Notes under the pieces: generated by a model | Databases searched by the model: none | Told to the model about the DNA's origin: nothing | Seen by the model: the letters and a program-made list of their open reading frames with translations, nothing else | Translations under genes and position numbers: made by a program | Assembly: GCA_963663545.1 (NCBI GenBank) | Contig: OY760505.1 | Span: 2,944,001 to 3,008,000 of the forward strand | Direction of reading: 5' to 3' | Source of the DNA: Candidatus Delongbacteria bacterium | GTDB lineage: Bacteria; CAIWAD01 | Length of the DNA: 64,000 bases | Shown here: positions 1 through 9,147 of the stretch, one piece after another | Layout of the letters: every line of letters begins with the position of its first letter | Numbering within the stretch: position 1 is the stretch's first letter

Positions 1-109
1 TTACTCGCAAATCGGAAATGCGTCTTTCAATGGAACTCTGATCGTTCAAGGCGATGCGATGGGGGTCGCGAAAGCCAGGTGGTGTCACGGTCCGGAGTTC
101 GAAGGGGGA

Positions 110-220
110 ATGATGAGAACCTTTAGGAGTGAGCTTAAACAGATTCGTCGGCGCGTCGACTTGTACTTCTCGTCGCCAGTGTTTCTGCTCGTTCTCATCC
201 TGGCGTTCATGCTTTTTTAG
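110..220 (+). CDS. putative small membrane peptide (36 aa, MMRTFRSELKQIRRRVDLYFSSPVFLLVLILAFMLF)
   Basis: GAAGGGGGA RBS just before ATG110; basic N-terminus then hydrophobic C-terminus; terminator follows. The frame is also open back to the window edge. Confidence 0.4.
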   Translation: MMRTFRSELKQIRRRVDLYFSSPVFLLVLILAFMLF

Positions 221-247
221 CTGACAGCCAGCAGAAAGACCATCCGT

Positions 248-278
248 CGCCCGGCCTTGTGCCGGGCGTTCTTTTTTC
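248..278 (+). terminator. Rho-independent terminator
   Basis: CGCCCGGC-cttgt-GCCGGGCG followed by a T-run. Confidence 0.75.
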
Positions 279-533
279 TGGGGCGCCGAAGCAGCTTTCT
301 CATCCACTTGCGAGCATGCGCTGCAGGGTTATACGGTTCTAGCGGTCAGCGATCTTGTTTTCTGGTGCTCTGTGTCTACGAGCAAAGTGTTCCACCATTC
401 CTATATTGTTGCCGATGTGTCACACGACAGATTTTTCCTCTGACTCTGTAACCTAATTCCGTGACCCCTGTCGGAGCACTCCTTTAGAGGTGTATAACAC
501 CACAACACTTGCCAGCAAACGGAAGGAGTCCAT

Positions 534-3116
534 ATGCGTAGTCTACTCATGTTAGCCTTGTGCCCACTGGTGGCCATTGCCGCCGATCTGGCACCGATTA
601 CACGAGATCCCGGTCAGTATTCCTATCTGCCGGGATCTTACGCTTTGGCGCGTGGCGCGGTCGGCGGTTATTACCTGCCAGCGTCACTTGCCTACGATTC
701 GGAAACCGCGGAAATCGAGTATTACGGCCCGATTGCTTCGGACACGCATTCCCAGTATGCAGATTGGGGCGCGTTTCTCAAGCTGGGGACGCTTGGTTTC
801 GGCGTGGAACACCAGGAAACGCCTACGGGCGATACCTTTGCCAACCGCTTCCGCATGGGCATGGGCTTTGGCGATGCCAAGCACATGATGGGCTTCAGCT
901 ACAATTGGTCTGCGGGAAATGCTGACACGCTGAAGCAGCCAGATGTTTTCACCTTCTCAAGTCTGGAGTTTCCCACACGCTGGATCTCCAGTGCCACCAA
1001 CATCTCCTGGGTCTTGGGAGAAGACTATGGCAATCCCAATTTGACCTGGGATGAGTCCATCGCTTTGCGCCCCTGGACGCGCCGCGTGGCACTGACAGCC
1101 GACTTCCACTACGCCCGGCTCGTGGATGCTCCCGATGACCATTACTGGTTTGGTGCAGAAATTGAGCCGCTGGATGGTGTCATTCTGAACGGATCCTACA
1201 ACCTGCGTGATGAAGAGTATGCCGTGGGTGCCACCTTGTACTTGAATCACCTGGGTCTGGGCGGCATCTACTCGGGCTTCGACAGCGACAAGTACGGTAA
1301 CAATGAGGATTTTGAGCCAGCTCCGCGCTATCGAGTGCACTTGAGCTCCAGTGCCCTGAATCATGTTCCCCTTCCTCGCAAGCGAGATCAGGTGGCGAGC
1401 CTGTCGTTGGCCGGCATCGCGGGTACGTATCCATGGCTCAACGTTGGGACCAAATTCACCTTGACGGATTTCTACGAAGACATGAATGCGGTTGAGAGCA
1501 GTCACGCTGTCAATAGCCTGCTGATCAACATGAAGCCCGGCTTTACAGCAAGCCCGGCCATCCTCTACGAAATCCGTAAGCGCATTGAAGAGTACAAGGA
1601 GCGCACTGGCAACGAGGTCTGGTTCTATTGCCACGAAATGGGCCTGGGAAGCCTCTTCCTGGCCTCCGTCGCCGATCATCGCGCCATGCTGCCCATCGGT
1701 AGTGCCGAGTTACCCACGCTGGGACGCGAGAGCATTTATTGGGGCGATGCTTTTGATGCCGCCGGCGTGGACTACGTGCGGTTTAATGCTGGCGCTTACA
1801 AGGGTGCCGGTGAGAACTATGACCTGGCCAGCATGTCGGACGAGGTCCGCCAGAATGTTGGACGCGCCCTGAATGAGATCTACGAATACATGGTGGACGA
1901 GATTCAGGCAGGCTATCGCTTCAACGATCAGCAGATGAAGTTCATGGAGGACCATTACTTCCTGACTTCCGAGCAGATGCTTGAGTTCGGCCTTATCGAT
2001 ACCACTTTCTACGACGACCACGTGAACGACTGGGTGTTGAACCGCAGTGGTGACGAAAAGAGCGGCATCAACCTGGGCTTCATCAAAATCAATACGGGAG
2101 ATGATTCCGACGGCGGTAAAGTGCATTCGACAAGCTACTACCGTCCGGCCTCCGATGTGCGTCGTCACTGGATGGATGATCGCAACATCGCTGTGATCTA
2201 CGCTTCCGGCGTGATCATTGGCGGCGAAAGTATTGGACCCTACGTCATTGGTCACAAGACGCTGGTGAAGCAGCTTGCCGATGCGCGCAAGGACGAATCC
2301 ATCAAGGCGGTCGTGCTGCATGTCGATTCGCCTGGCGGCAGCGGTTATGCGTCGGATCTGGTCTGGCGTGAAATGCAGCTTCTGGCAGAAGAAAAGCCTC
2401 TCATCATCAGTCAGGGCTTCCTGGCGGCTAGCGGTGGCTACTATCTCTCCATGCTTGGCGATCGCATCTACAGTACACCGACCACCATCACCGGCTCTAT
2501 CGGTGTCGCTAGTGGCGCGTTTTTCAACACCGGCGCCTTTGAGCACGCACGTTTGCGTCAGGATGGTGTCTGGGCTGGCAAGAGCGAGTGCCTGGGCGGT
2601 GCAGGAATGGCGCTTCCCATCAGTTTGATCGATGGCGGCGTCGGCATTAAGCTGCCCACGCTGCCCGTGATGGGACGTCGTCTCACCGATGCGCAGGCGG
2701 CTGACATCGAGACTCATATGAGCCACTTCTACCGTACTTTCGTGCAGAAGGTGGCCGATGCCCGTGAGATGAGCTGGGATGAAGTGAATGAGATTGCCCA
2801 GGGCCAGATCTGGTCCGGCGGCACCGCCCGTGGGAATGGACTGGTGGACGAATTGGGTAGTCTTGAGGAGGCCATCGAGCGCGCCCGTATAGAGGCCGAT
2901 TTGCCCGCTTGGGCCAAGGTGCGCGAAGTTTATCCAGAGCTGACTTTTACTCAGCTGCTTTCGTTGCTGGGAGCAGGCATGCAGGGCCGTATGGACGAGG
3001 CCAGGCTGGAGATGGAGCAGGCAGCACGTGCGCAGGCGGAGCAGGAGCGGCTGAACATTCTGGGTTCCGGTGAGCCGGAACTGCTGGAGAATGCCGATTA
3101 TTTACCGCTGAAGTAA
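534..3116 (+). CDS. sppA: signal peptide peptidase SppA (S49) with a long N-terminal beta-rich extension
   Basis: AAGGAG RBS; signal peptide; motifs G.YKGAGE, DSPGGS, AASGGYY, TITGSIGV and AQGQIWSG..A..NGLVD.LG. Confidence 0.85.
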   Translation: MRSLLMLALCPLVAIAADLAPITRDPGQYSYLPGSYALARGAVGGYYLPASLAYDSETAEIEYYGPIASDTHSQYADWGAFLKLGTLGFGVEHQETPTGDTFANRFRMGMGFGDAKHMMGFSYNWSAGNADTLKQPDVFTFSSLEFPTRWISSATNISWVLGEDYGNPNLTWDESIALRPWTRRVALTADFHYARLVDAPDDHYWFGAEIEPLDGVILNGSYNLRDEEYAVGATLYLNHLGLGGIYSGFDSDKYGNNEDFEPAPRYRVHLSSSALNHVPLPRKRDQVASLSLAGIAGTYPWLNVGTKFTLTDFYEDMNAVESSHAVNSLLINMKPGFTASPAILYEIRKRIEEYKERTGNEVWFYCHEMGLGSLFLASVADHRAMLPIGSAELPTLGRESIYWGDAFDAAGVDYVRFNAGAYKGAGENYDLASMSDEVRQNVGRALNEIYEYMVDEIQAGYRFNDQQMKFMEDHYFLTSEQMLEFGLIDTTFYDDHVNDWVLNRSGDEKSGINLGFIKINTGDDSDGGKVHSTSYYRPASDVRRHWMDDRNIAVIYASGVIIGGESIGPYVIGHKTLVKQLADARKDESIKAVVLHVDSPGGSGYASDLVWREMQLLAEEKPLIISQGFLAASGGYYLSMLGDRIYSTPTTITGSIGVASGAFFNTGAFEHARLRQDGVWAGKSECLGGAGMALPISLIDGGVGIKLPTLPVMGRRLTDAQAADIETHMSHFYRTFVQKVADAREMSWDEVNEIAQGQIWSGGTARGNGLVDELGSLEEAIERARIEADLPAWAKVREVYPELTFTQLLSLLGAGMQGRMDEARLEMEQAARAQAEQERLNILGSGEPELLENADYLPLK

Positions 3117-3134
3117 AGCGACTTTGCTTGACCC

Positions 3135-3173
3135 GAGGCGGGAGCAGATTCGATCTGTTCCCGCTTCTTTTTT
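3135..3173 (+). terminator. Rho-independent terminator
   Basis: GAGGCGGGAGCAGAT-tcg-ATCTGTTCCCGCTTC followed by TTTTTT. Confidence 0.85.
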
Positions 3174-3184
3174 CCCATTGCCTA

Positions 3185-3213
3185 TTGACTTACAGATCGC
3201 AGCAATATACTTT
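3185..3213 (+). promoter_or_regulatory. sigma-70 promoter of tRNA-Glu
   Basis: TTGACT (3185-3190) and TATACT/TACTTT (3206-3213) immediately upstream of the tRNA. Confidence 0.6.
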
Positions 3214-3223
3214 CTGGGTCTTT

Positions 3224-3296
3224 GCCGCGTTCGTCTAGTGGTTTAGGACGTCGGCCTCTCACGCCGGTAACACGGGTTCGAATCCCGTACGCGGTA
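3224..3296 (+). tRNA. tRNA-Glu (anticodon CTC), CCA not encoded
   Basis: acceptor stem GCCGCGT/ACGCGGT; D-loop TAGTGGTTTAGGA; anticodon arm TCGGC-ct-CTC-ac-GCCGG; T-loop GGTTCGAATCCC. Confidence 0.95.
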
Positions 3297-3300
3297 TTCA

Positions 3301-3333
3301 AAGCCTCTTTTCCCAAAAGGGGCTTTTTGTTTT
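3301..3333 (+). terminator. terminator after the tRNA
   Basis: AAAGCCTCTTTT-ccc-AAAAGGGGCTTT followed by a T-rich tail. Confidence 0.7.
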
Positions 3334-3371
3334 CGGCGGCTTCACATCCTCCGGGTCTGGACGGAGCACCG

Positions 3372-5468
3372 ATGCAAAGGATTGTCAGGATGACGAAGCG
3401 AGGTCCTCGGGTAGGAATCCTGGAAGTAGCTGGCAAGGCGTTCGCTGGCTTCACGTCGCGTGAGCACTCATTTAATCTGATCATCGCGATCCTCATTGGC
3501 CTCATCGGCGGCTACGGTGCCGTTGGTTTTCGCTGGTGTATTGCGCAGGTTGAAATGCTCAGCTACCACATCACCGAACCCACCATCGCCAAACTGCTGG
3601 CAACTCCCTGGTATTTGCGCCTATTGCTGCCCATGCTGGGTGGTTTAATCGTTGGCCCCATCGTCGCCTTCTTTGCCAAAGAAGCCAAGGGGCATGGCGT
3701 TCCCGAAGTGATGGCTGCCGTTGCCCGACGCGGCGGAGTCATCAGCGGACGCGTGGCCGCGGCCAAAGTGGTTGCAAGCGCAGTGACCATTGGTACAGGC
3801 GGATCGGCCGGTTCCGAAGGCCCCATTGTTCAGATCGGCAGCTCGCTGGCCAGCGTTCTGGGTCGCTTGATGCGTGTCAGCGCACGTCGCCTGAAGACCT
3901 TCGTCGGTTGCGGTGCCGCCGCCGGTATTGCGGCAACCTTCAACGCCCCGGTCGCGGGCATGCTGTTTTCGGTTGAAGTGATCCTGGGCGATTTCGGAGT
4001 ATCACAGCTCAGCCCGATCATTGTTTCAGCCGTTGCTGCCACTGCCATCTCGCGCTACTATCTGGGCAATGTACCCGCTTTCGCCGTGCCGACGTACTCA
4101 CTGGCCGGTCCTTCAGAATTGCTCTATTACGCGCTCCTGGGAGCGGCGGCCGCCTTTGTTGCCGTAGCTTTTGTGAAAGCCCTGGATGGCAGCGAGTCGC
4201 TTTTTGACAAGTGGAAGTTCCCTGATTGGCTGAAGCCGGCCGTTGGCGGACTTGGCCTGGGTATTGTTGGCGCCTGCGGTTTGCCGCACGTTTACGGTGT
4301 GGGCTACGAGTTCATCGAAGAAGCTTTGCTGGGGCACCTTCCGCTGATGCTGCTGGCGGGCTTGATGGTTGCCAAAGTTCTGGCGACTTGCCTGACTCTG
4401 GGTTCTGGCGGTTCCGGTGGTATTCTGGCGCCCTCGCTCTTTCTGGGAGCTATGCTGGGTGGGGTGATCTGGTATCCGGCTCACCTGCTGACGCCAGGTC
4501 TGGTCAGTGGCAATTACGGCCCCTACGCGCTAGTAGGTATGGCCGCTGTACTGGCGGCTGCAACGCGCGCACCCTTGCAGGCGATTCTCATTCTCTTCGA
4601 GTTGACCGGTGGCTACAAGGTGATTCTGCCGCTGATGTTGTCGTCCATTCTGGCGACGATCATTGCCGGTCGTCTGATGAAGGAGAGCATCTACACCGTC
4701 AAGCTGGCGGCCAAGGGGATTCATCTGGATCAAGGCCGGGATGTCAATATTCTGGCTGGTATCCGCGTGCAAGAGGTGATGCACACCGAAGTCGTCACCG
4801 TGCCCTTCAGCATGCGTGTGCAGCATCTGCTTGAGCTGATGAGCGAGCACGGTACTCACGCCACCTTCTGCATGCTCGATGCGGACGGCAAGCTGGCTGG
4901 AACCATTTCCTACCCTGACATTCGTCGCCTGCTCTTCGATGTTGAGCACCTTGCACCGGTGTTGCGCGTTGAGGATATCGCCAATGTCGAAGTGATGCCG
5001 ATGACGCCTGACGACACGCTGGACATGGTCCTGCGTGAGTTTGCCGAGCAAAACATCGACGAGATTCCTGTTGTGGACAGCGAGGATCGCAGCCGCCTGA
5101 TTGGATCTGTGATGCGTTCCGATGTTGTGGCAGCGTATCACAATGCTGTTGCCTGCGAGGATCTGTTGGGCGGCGTTGAGAGCGGAGTGCAGCACGCCAT
5201 GCGTATGGGCCGTGCTGATACTTCACCCGGCTTCTCAATGGCTGAAATCGAAGTTCCCGCGCACTATCACGGGCGTAGTCTGAGCGAGCTGGACCTGCGT
5301 AAAAGCATGGGCATCGAAGTGGTACTGGTGTTGCGTCATAGTACCAAGTCACACGCCGGTCAGCGAATGGAGCAGATCATGCCCGGTCCTGAACTGCGCC
5401 TGCAGGACGGAGACCGCATGGTCATCCACGGCAGCAAAGAAGATGTAGCGCGCCTGCAAAAGGCATAG
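3372..5468 (+). CDS. ClC-family chloride channel/transporter with CBS pair and C-terminal TrkA-C domain
   Basis: GHGVP, GSEGP, FNAP and GGILAP motifs; many TM helices. Start moved to ATG3372 (GGAG RBS) because the track start lies inside the tRNA. Confidence 0.9.
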   Translation: MQRIVRMTKRGPRVGILEVAGKAFAGFTSREHSFNLIIAILIGLIGGYGAVGFRWCIAQVEMLSYHITEPTIAKLLATPWYLRLLLPMLGGLIVGPIVAFFAKEAKGHGVPEVMAAVARRGGVISGRVAAAKVVASAVTIGTGGSAGSEGPIVQIGSSLASVLGRLMRVSARRLKTFVGCGAAAGIAATFNAPVAGMLFSVEVILGDFGVSQLSPIIVSAVAATAISRYYLGNVPAFAVPTYSLAGPSELLYYALLGAAAAFVAVAFVKALDGSESLFDKWKFPDWLKPAVGGLGLGIVGACGLPHVYGVGYEFIEEALLGHLPLMLLAGLMVAKVLATCLTLGSGGSGGILAPSLFLGAMLGGVIWYPAHLLTPGLVSGNYGPYALVGMAAVLAAATRAPLQAILILFELTGGYKVILPLMLSSILATIIAGRLMKESIYTVKLAAKGIHLDQGRDVNILAGIRVQEVMHTEVVTVPFSMRVQHLLELMSEHGTHATFCMLDADGKLAGTISYPDIRRLLFDVEHLAPVLRVEDIANVEVMPMTPDDTLDMVLREFAEQNIDEIPVVDSEDRSRLIGSVMRSDVVAAYHNAVACEDLLGGVESGVQHAMRMGRADTSPGFSMAEIEVPAHYHGRSLSELDLRKSMGIEVVLVLRHSTKSHAGQRMEQIMPGPELRLQDGDRMVIHGSKEDVARLQKA

Positions 5469-5581
5469 GGCTCCATCAACTGCCTGATCGATTGGCTTCT
5501 GGTATCAGCGCCCATTGAGTAGTATCATCCCTTCCACTTGTATCACCAAGGCATCGGCCTGTTGCCAACAGGAGGTAATCC

Positions 5582-6733
5582 ATGTCAAACAGTAGCGCAT
5601 TCGGCGAGATCAAGCTTCGTCCCTTTACTCCGCTACCTGTGCAGACTCCGGCACCCGTGTATTACATCCCGCTTGGCGATGGGCGGTCAGTCCAGGAGTG
5701 GGCCGCCGCCGTGTTACAACTCTTCCGCACACTGCAACCGGCTTCCATGATCAAGCGGAACCAGCTGGTGGCGCTGAAGCAGCATTTCGGCGAGCGTGGC
5801 AACAACGGCTACTTGAAGCCCGAGCTGGTAGCGGGACTGGTGCAGGAAGTCCGTGGCCACGGCGGTCGTCCTTTGCTGATTGAGACCAACACGCTGTACA
5901 AGGGCTCGCGCAGTGACAGCTACGAGCACCTCAGCACTGCCTATGATCATGGCTTCACGCCGGATCGCGTCGGCGCGCCCATTTTGATCTGCGATGGCTT
6001 CAATGGCCAGAATCAGCAAGCAGTGGCCGTGCCCGGCAAGCAGATCACAACCGCCTGGCTCGCGAGCGATGTCTTTTTCTTTGATGTCCTGGTCTGCCTG
6101 TCACACGTCAAGGGCCACATGATGGCTGGCATGGGGGCTGCTCTTAAGAATCTGGCCATGGGACTGAGTGGGCGCGCGGGAAAGCTGGCGCAGCACGCCG
6201 ATTTTCGACCCGCCTTTGATGCGCAGAAGTGCACGACCTGCGGCGCGTGTGTCACGTGGTGCCCTACGGACGCCTTGGCGCTGGAGGAGGATGACGATCA
6301 TCCACGGCTGGCAAGTGACACATGTATCGGCTGTGGCGAATGTCTCACGGTCTGTCGCGATGGTGCCATCGGCTTCGATTGGAATACGCCCATCGGCACC
6401 GGCTTCTACACGAAAATGACCGAGTATGCCTTGGCGGCAGCCAGCCTGTTTAGTGGTCGCGCCTTTTACATCAACGTCATCAACCATGTGTCGAAACACT
6501 GCGACTGCATGGGCGAGCCCAGCGATCCCGTCGCTCCGGATCTGGGTGTGGTGGCAGGTTGGGATCCGCTTGCCGTTGATCGCGCGTGTTACGACTTGTG
6601 CCAACGCGCATATGGCGAGAACATCTGGGAGCGCGAGCATCCGCAGGTGAAAATGGACTACCTCTTCCAGTATGCGGCGGAGATCGGCCTGGGCAGCCTG
6701 GAGTACAATTTGACGGAGCTTCCCCTGGAGTAA
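5582..6733 (+). CDS. DUF362-family protein with 2x[4Fe-4S] ferredoxin insert
   Basis: K.HFGE.GN, SH.KGH, KNLAMG, CTTCGACVTWCP, CIGCGECLTVC, CDC and DP.A.D motifs; AGGAGG RBS. Confidence 0.85.
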   Translation: MSNSSAFGEIKLRPFTPLPVQTPAPVYYIPLGDGRSVQEWAAAVLQLFRTLQPASMIKRNQLVALKQHFGERGNNGYLKPELVAGLVQEVRGHGGRPLLIETNTLYKGSRSDSYEHLSTAYDHGFTPDRVGAPILICDGFNGQNQQAVAVPGKQITTAWLASDVFFFDVLVCLSHVKGHMMAGMGAALKNLAMGLSGRAGKLAQHADFRPAFDAQKCTTCGACVTWCPTDALALEEDDDHPRLASDTCIGCGECLTVCRDGAIGFDWNTPIGTGFYTKMTEYALAAASLFSGRAFYINVINHVSKHCDCMGEPSDPVAPDLGVVAGWDPLAVDRACYDLCQRAYGENIWEREHPQVKMDYLFQYAAEIGLGSLEYNLTELPLE

Positions 6734-6834
6734 AAAGCCGGGTACATCACTAGGACGCACCCGGCTCGCCGCGATGCGGCATGAGGGGGTATCGTAGCAA
6801 GCCAGCCCGAAGTCCAACGAGTCCGGCTCATCGC

Positions 6835-8895
6835 CTATTTCAGCAGAGTCATCCTGCAGCCTGCAATGGCGTTGTTCATACTCAGCGTGTAGACGTAGTT
6901 ACCACTAGCCACCAGATTCCCGTTTGTATCACATCCGTCCCAGACCACCGAGTACTCGCCAGTGCCGTGCACCAGTATGCGTAGCTCACGAACGAGCTGA
7001 CCCATCATGTTGTAGATCCTCAACACGGCAGCACCGGTGAAGGGCTGTGTCACCTCAAAGGCGATGGTTGTCGTGGGGTTGAAGGGATTGGGATAGTTAC
7101 CCTTGAGGGCGAAGCCCAGCGGTGTCACATCGTGATCGCGCGGCTCCTCCACATCCACTTCCTCGCCGAAGGAGGTGAACTCGCTAAGTACACCGAAGGC
7201 GAGGCTTAGTGCCGTGATTTCCTCTTCGAGGGCTTCCGCTTCGGGACTGCCTTCGTCATAGGTGTAATACAAAGCCGTGAGATACTCGATTTTCTGCGAT
7301 GCCCAGACTTTGCTCAGAAAGCGCCTGTTTTCAATGTTCTCCTGTGCCATTGTGACTTCATAGGTGTAGCTCACCTCTTCGCCATACACCATGCCACTTA
7401 ACTCAATGGCACACGGCCCGCCGTTGTGGCGGCCGCTCACCAGCATCTGGCGTCCCAGATAGAGATTCGGCAGAGCTACCGGATACACTTCATCAATGGT
7501 ACAACCACTGAATGTGATACTTGGCGAGAGGAGCACTGGATTGCGGATCAGGTTATAGAAGCCTGTGATACACGACTCAAGCTCGCTGTCTGCGGCGAAT
7601 TCCACGATGCCATTGTTCTGCACAGCCAGGTTGCCTAGCAGACTGCGGTTGACGTCCCTGCCGATGCCGAAGGGGAACAGAAAAATCGGCACGCTAAGGC
7701 TGTTTACTTCAGAGCTGACAAGACTCAGAATAGCGTCTTCGTCTGTGATACCAACCGTCGGCTGTCCGTCGGTGAAGAAGATGATAATGTTGGCATTTCC
7801 TGCCTCGTCGTCGGCAAACTGCTGAATTGCTTCTTGTAACACACCGGAGATATATGTGCCACCGGTTGCGTAGCGCTGTGAGATCCAGCTCAGGGCCTGC
7901 GACTGGGTTGTTGCATTAAAGTCAACGTGATCCGCCGCAAAAGAGGTAATCGTACTGTTGAAGCCGACCAGATTGAAGCGGTCGCCCTCGTTCAGGTTGT
8001 TTACGATATACGTCGCAGCCTCTCGCGCCTGCACGATTTTGTTGCCGCCCATGCTTCCCGAACAGTCGATGATCAGCGTGAAAGTTTTCTCGATGACCGT
8101 CGAAGCATCGTCGGGATCGGGCTCGGCGATAAAGGTGAAAAAGCCTCCCATTCCTTCGTCGGGCACCAGACTATCCGGCAGCATGGTACTTAGTGCAAAG
8201 AGCCCAAGGTCGTCTGTTGAGAGTCGGTAGCTGACGTGATAGTTTGCCGTAGCGTAACAGGCTTCCCGCAAGAGGTTCACCGAGGCCGTGTGCCCGTCGT
8301 TTTCCGTGTTGCACACGTATTCCTCGTTCATCCACAGCTCGGTGATTTCCCGCTCTGAAATCAGGTTGAGGTTCAATTCTTGACTCACCAGAGGCGCGGT
8401 CTGCAGCAGGTGATAATCCGCCGGGAAGGTCCAGCTGACTACACCGTCGGCGTAGGGCAGAAGCTCGACGTAATCCAGCTCGACGATCAGCAGACTGTCC
8501 ACGTGAACAGGTGTGCTGATCTGGTAATACACCGGGTTTTCGCCCAGATAGGCGCGCAGAGTCTGATGCATGCCATCTTCGCCGGGCATGGTGGTATCCT
8601 GCGGAGTGGCGGCAAATGAGGCTTCGTGCCACGTTCCTTCTACAAACCAGCGCAGACGCGTGGCCGACGCGCCATCGGGAAGGGGGAACGCGTACTTGAC
8701 GGTGGCGTCCTGCACTCCCTGATTGCGGAATTCTGCGCGTGTGGAGACTTGAGCGACCTGGTTCTCTACTTCTACAGAAGTCTCTGTTGCACGCAGTGGC
8801 AGATACGTGCACAAACTGGCGTCCAGTACCGCGACACCGTGTGCGAACACTTGGCCTGCTAGAATTAGCAAGAAGGCTAGGTGTTTCATCTCCAT
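6835..8895 (-). CDS. secreted VIT + von Willebrand A domain protein with T9SS/FlgD-type C-terminal domain
   Basis: signal peptide; YAFPLP (VIT); MIDAS DCSGSM and FFTDG; C-terminal NYPNPFNPTTTI...WDG. Confidence 0.85.
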   Translation of the reverse strand: MEMKHLAFLLILAGQVFAHGVAVLDASLCTYLPLRATETSVEVENQVAQVSTRAEFRNQGVQDATVKYAFPLPDGASATRLRWFVEGTWHEASFAATPQDTTMPGEDGMHQTLRAYLGENPVYYQISTPVHVDSLLIVELDYVELLPYADGVVSWTFPADYHLLQTAPLVSQELNLNLISEREITELWMNEEYVCNTENDGHTASVNLLREACYATANYHVSYRLSTDDLGLFALSTMLPDSLVPDEGMGGFFTFIAEPDPDDASTVIEKTFTLIIDCSGSMGGNKIVQAREAATYIVNNLNEGDRFNLVGFNSTITSFAADHVDFNATTQSQALSWISQRYATGGTYISGVLQEAIQQFADDEAGNANIIIFFTDGQPTVGITDEDAILSLVSSEVNSLSVPIFLFPFGIGRDVNRSLLGNLAVQNNGIVEFAADSELESCITGFYNLIRNPVLLSPSITFSGCTIDEVYPVALPNLYLGRQMLVSGRHNGGPCAIELSGMVYGEEVSYTYEVTMAQENIENRRFLSKVWASQKIEYLTALYYTYDEGSPEAEALEEEITALSLAFGVLSEFTSFGEEVDVEEPRDHDVTPLGFALKGNYPNPFNPTTTIAFEVTQPFTGAAVLRIYNMMGQLVRELRILVHGTGEYSVVWDGCDTNGNLVASGNYVYTLSMNNAIAGCRMTLLK

Positions 8896-9008
8896 GATTT
8901 CCTCCCTGACCGGATGTAAGGACTATAAGACACAATCAACGGATCATCTCTTCACTCAGCTTTGCTCTGCTTCATTTTGGCTGGAATGCGGGTTGCAGAC
9001 ATTCGTAA

Positions 9009-9024
9009 TGCAAGAATTACGCCA
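9009..9024 (-). promoter_or_regulatory. sigma-54 (-24/-12) promoter of the VIT-VWA gene
   Basis: minus strand TGGCGT-AATTC-TTGCA with exact GG-N10-GC spacing. Confidence 0.55.
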
Positions 9025-9147
9025 GCACCAGGGTTGCAGATTTTCATCACGTGAGCGCTTTCCCTTGGCTATCTTAGCAAGGCAGCTAGGCTTGAAGGGA
9101 ACGACTCGAGTCGTCACACCACCTGGAAGAAGACAAGGGGTGGATCC

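Noticed and set aside
3224..3333. tRNA-Glu as an island integration site
   Set aside because: I saw no duplicated tRNA 3' end, adjacent integrase or compositional shift.
3222..3371. N-terminal extension of the ClC ORF in the track
   Set aside because: It overlaps tRNA-Glu and its terminator; a GGAG-led ATG lies at 3372.
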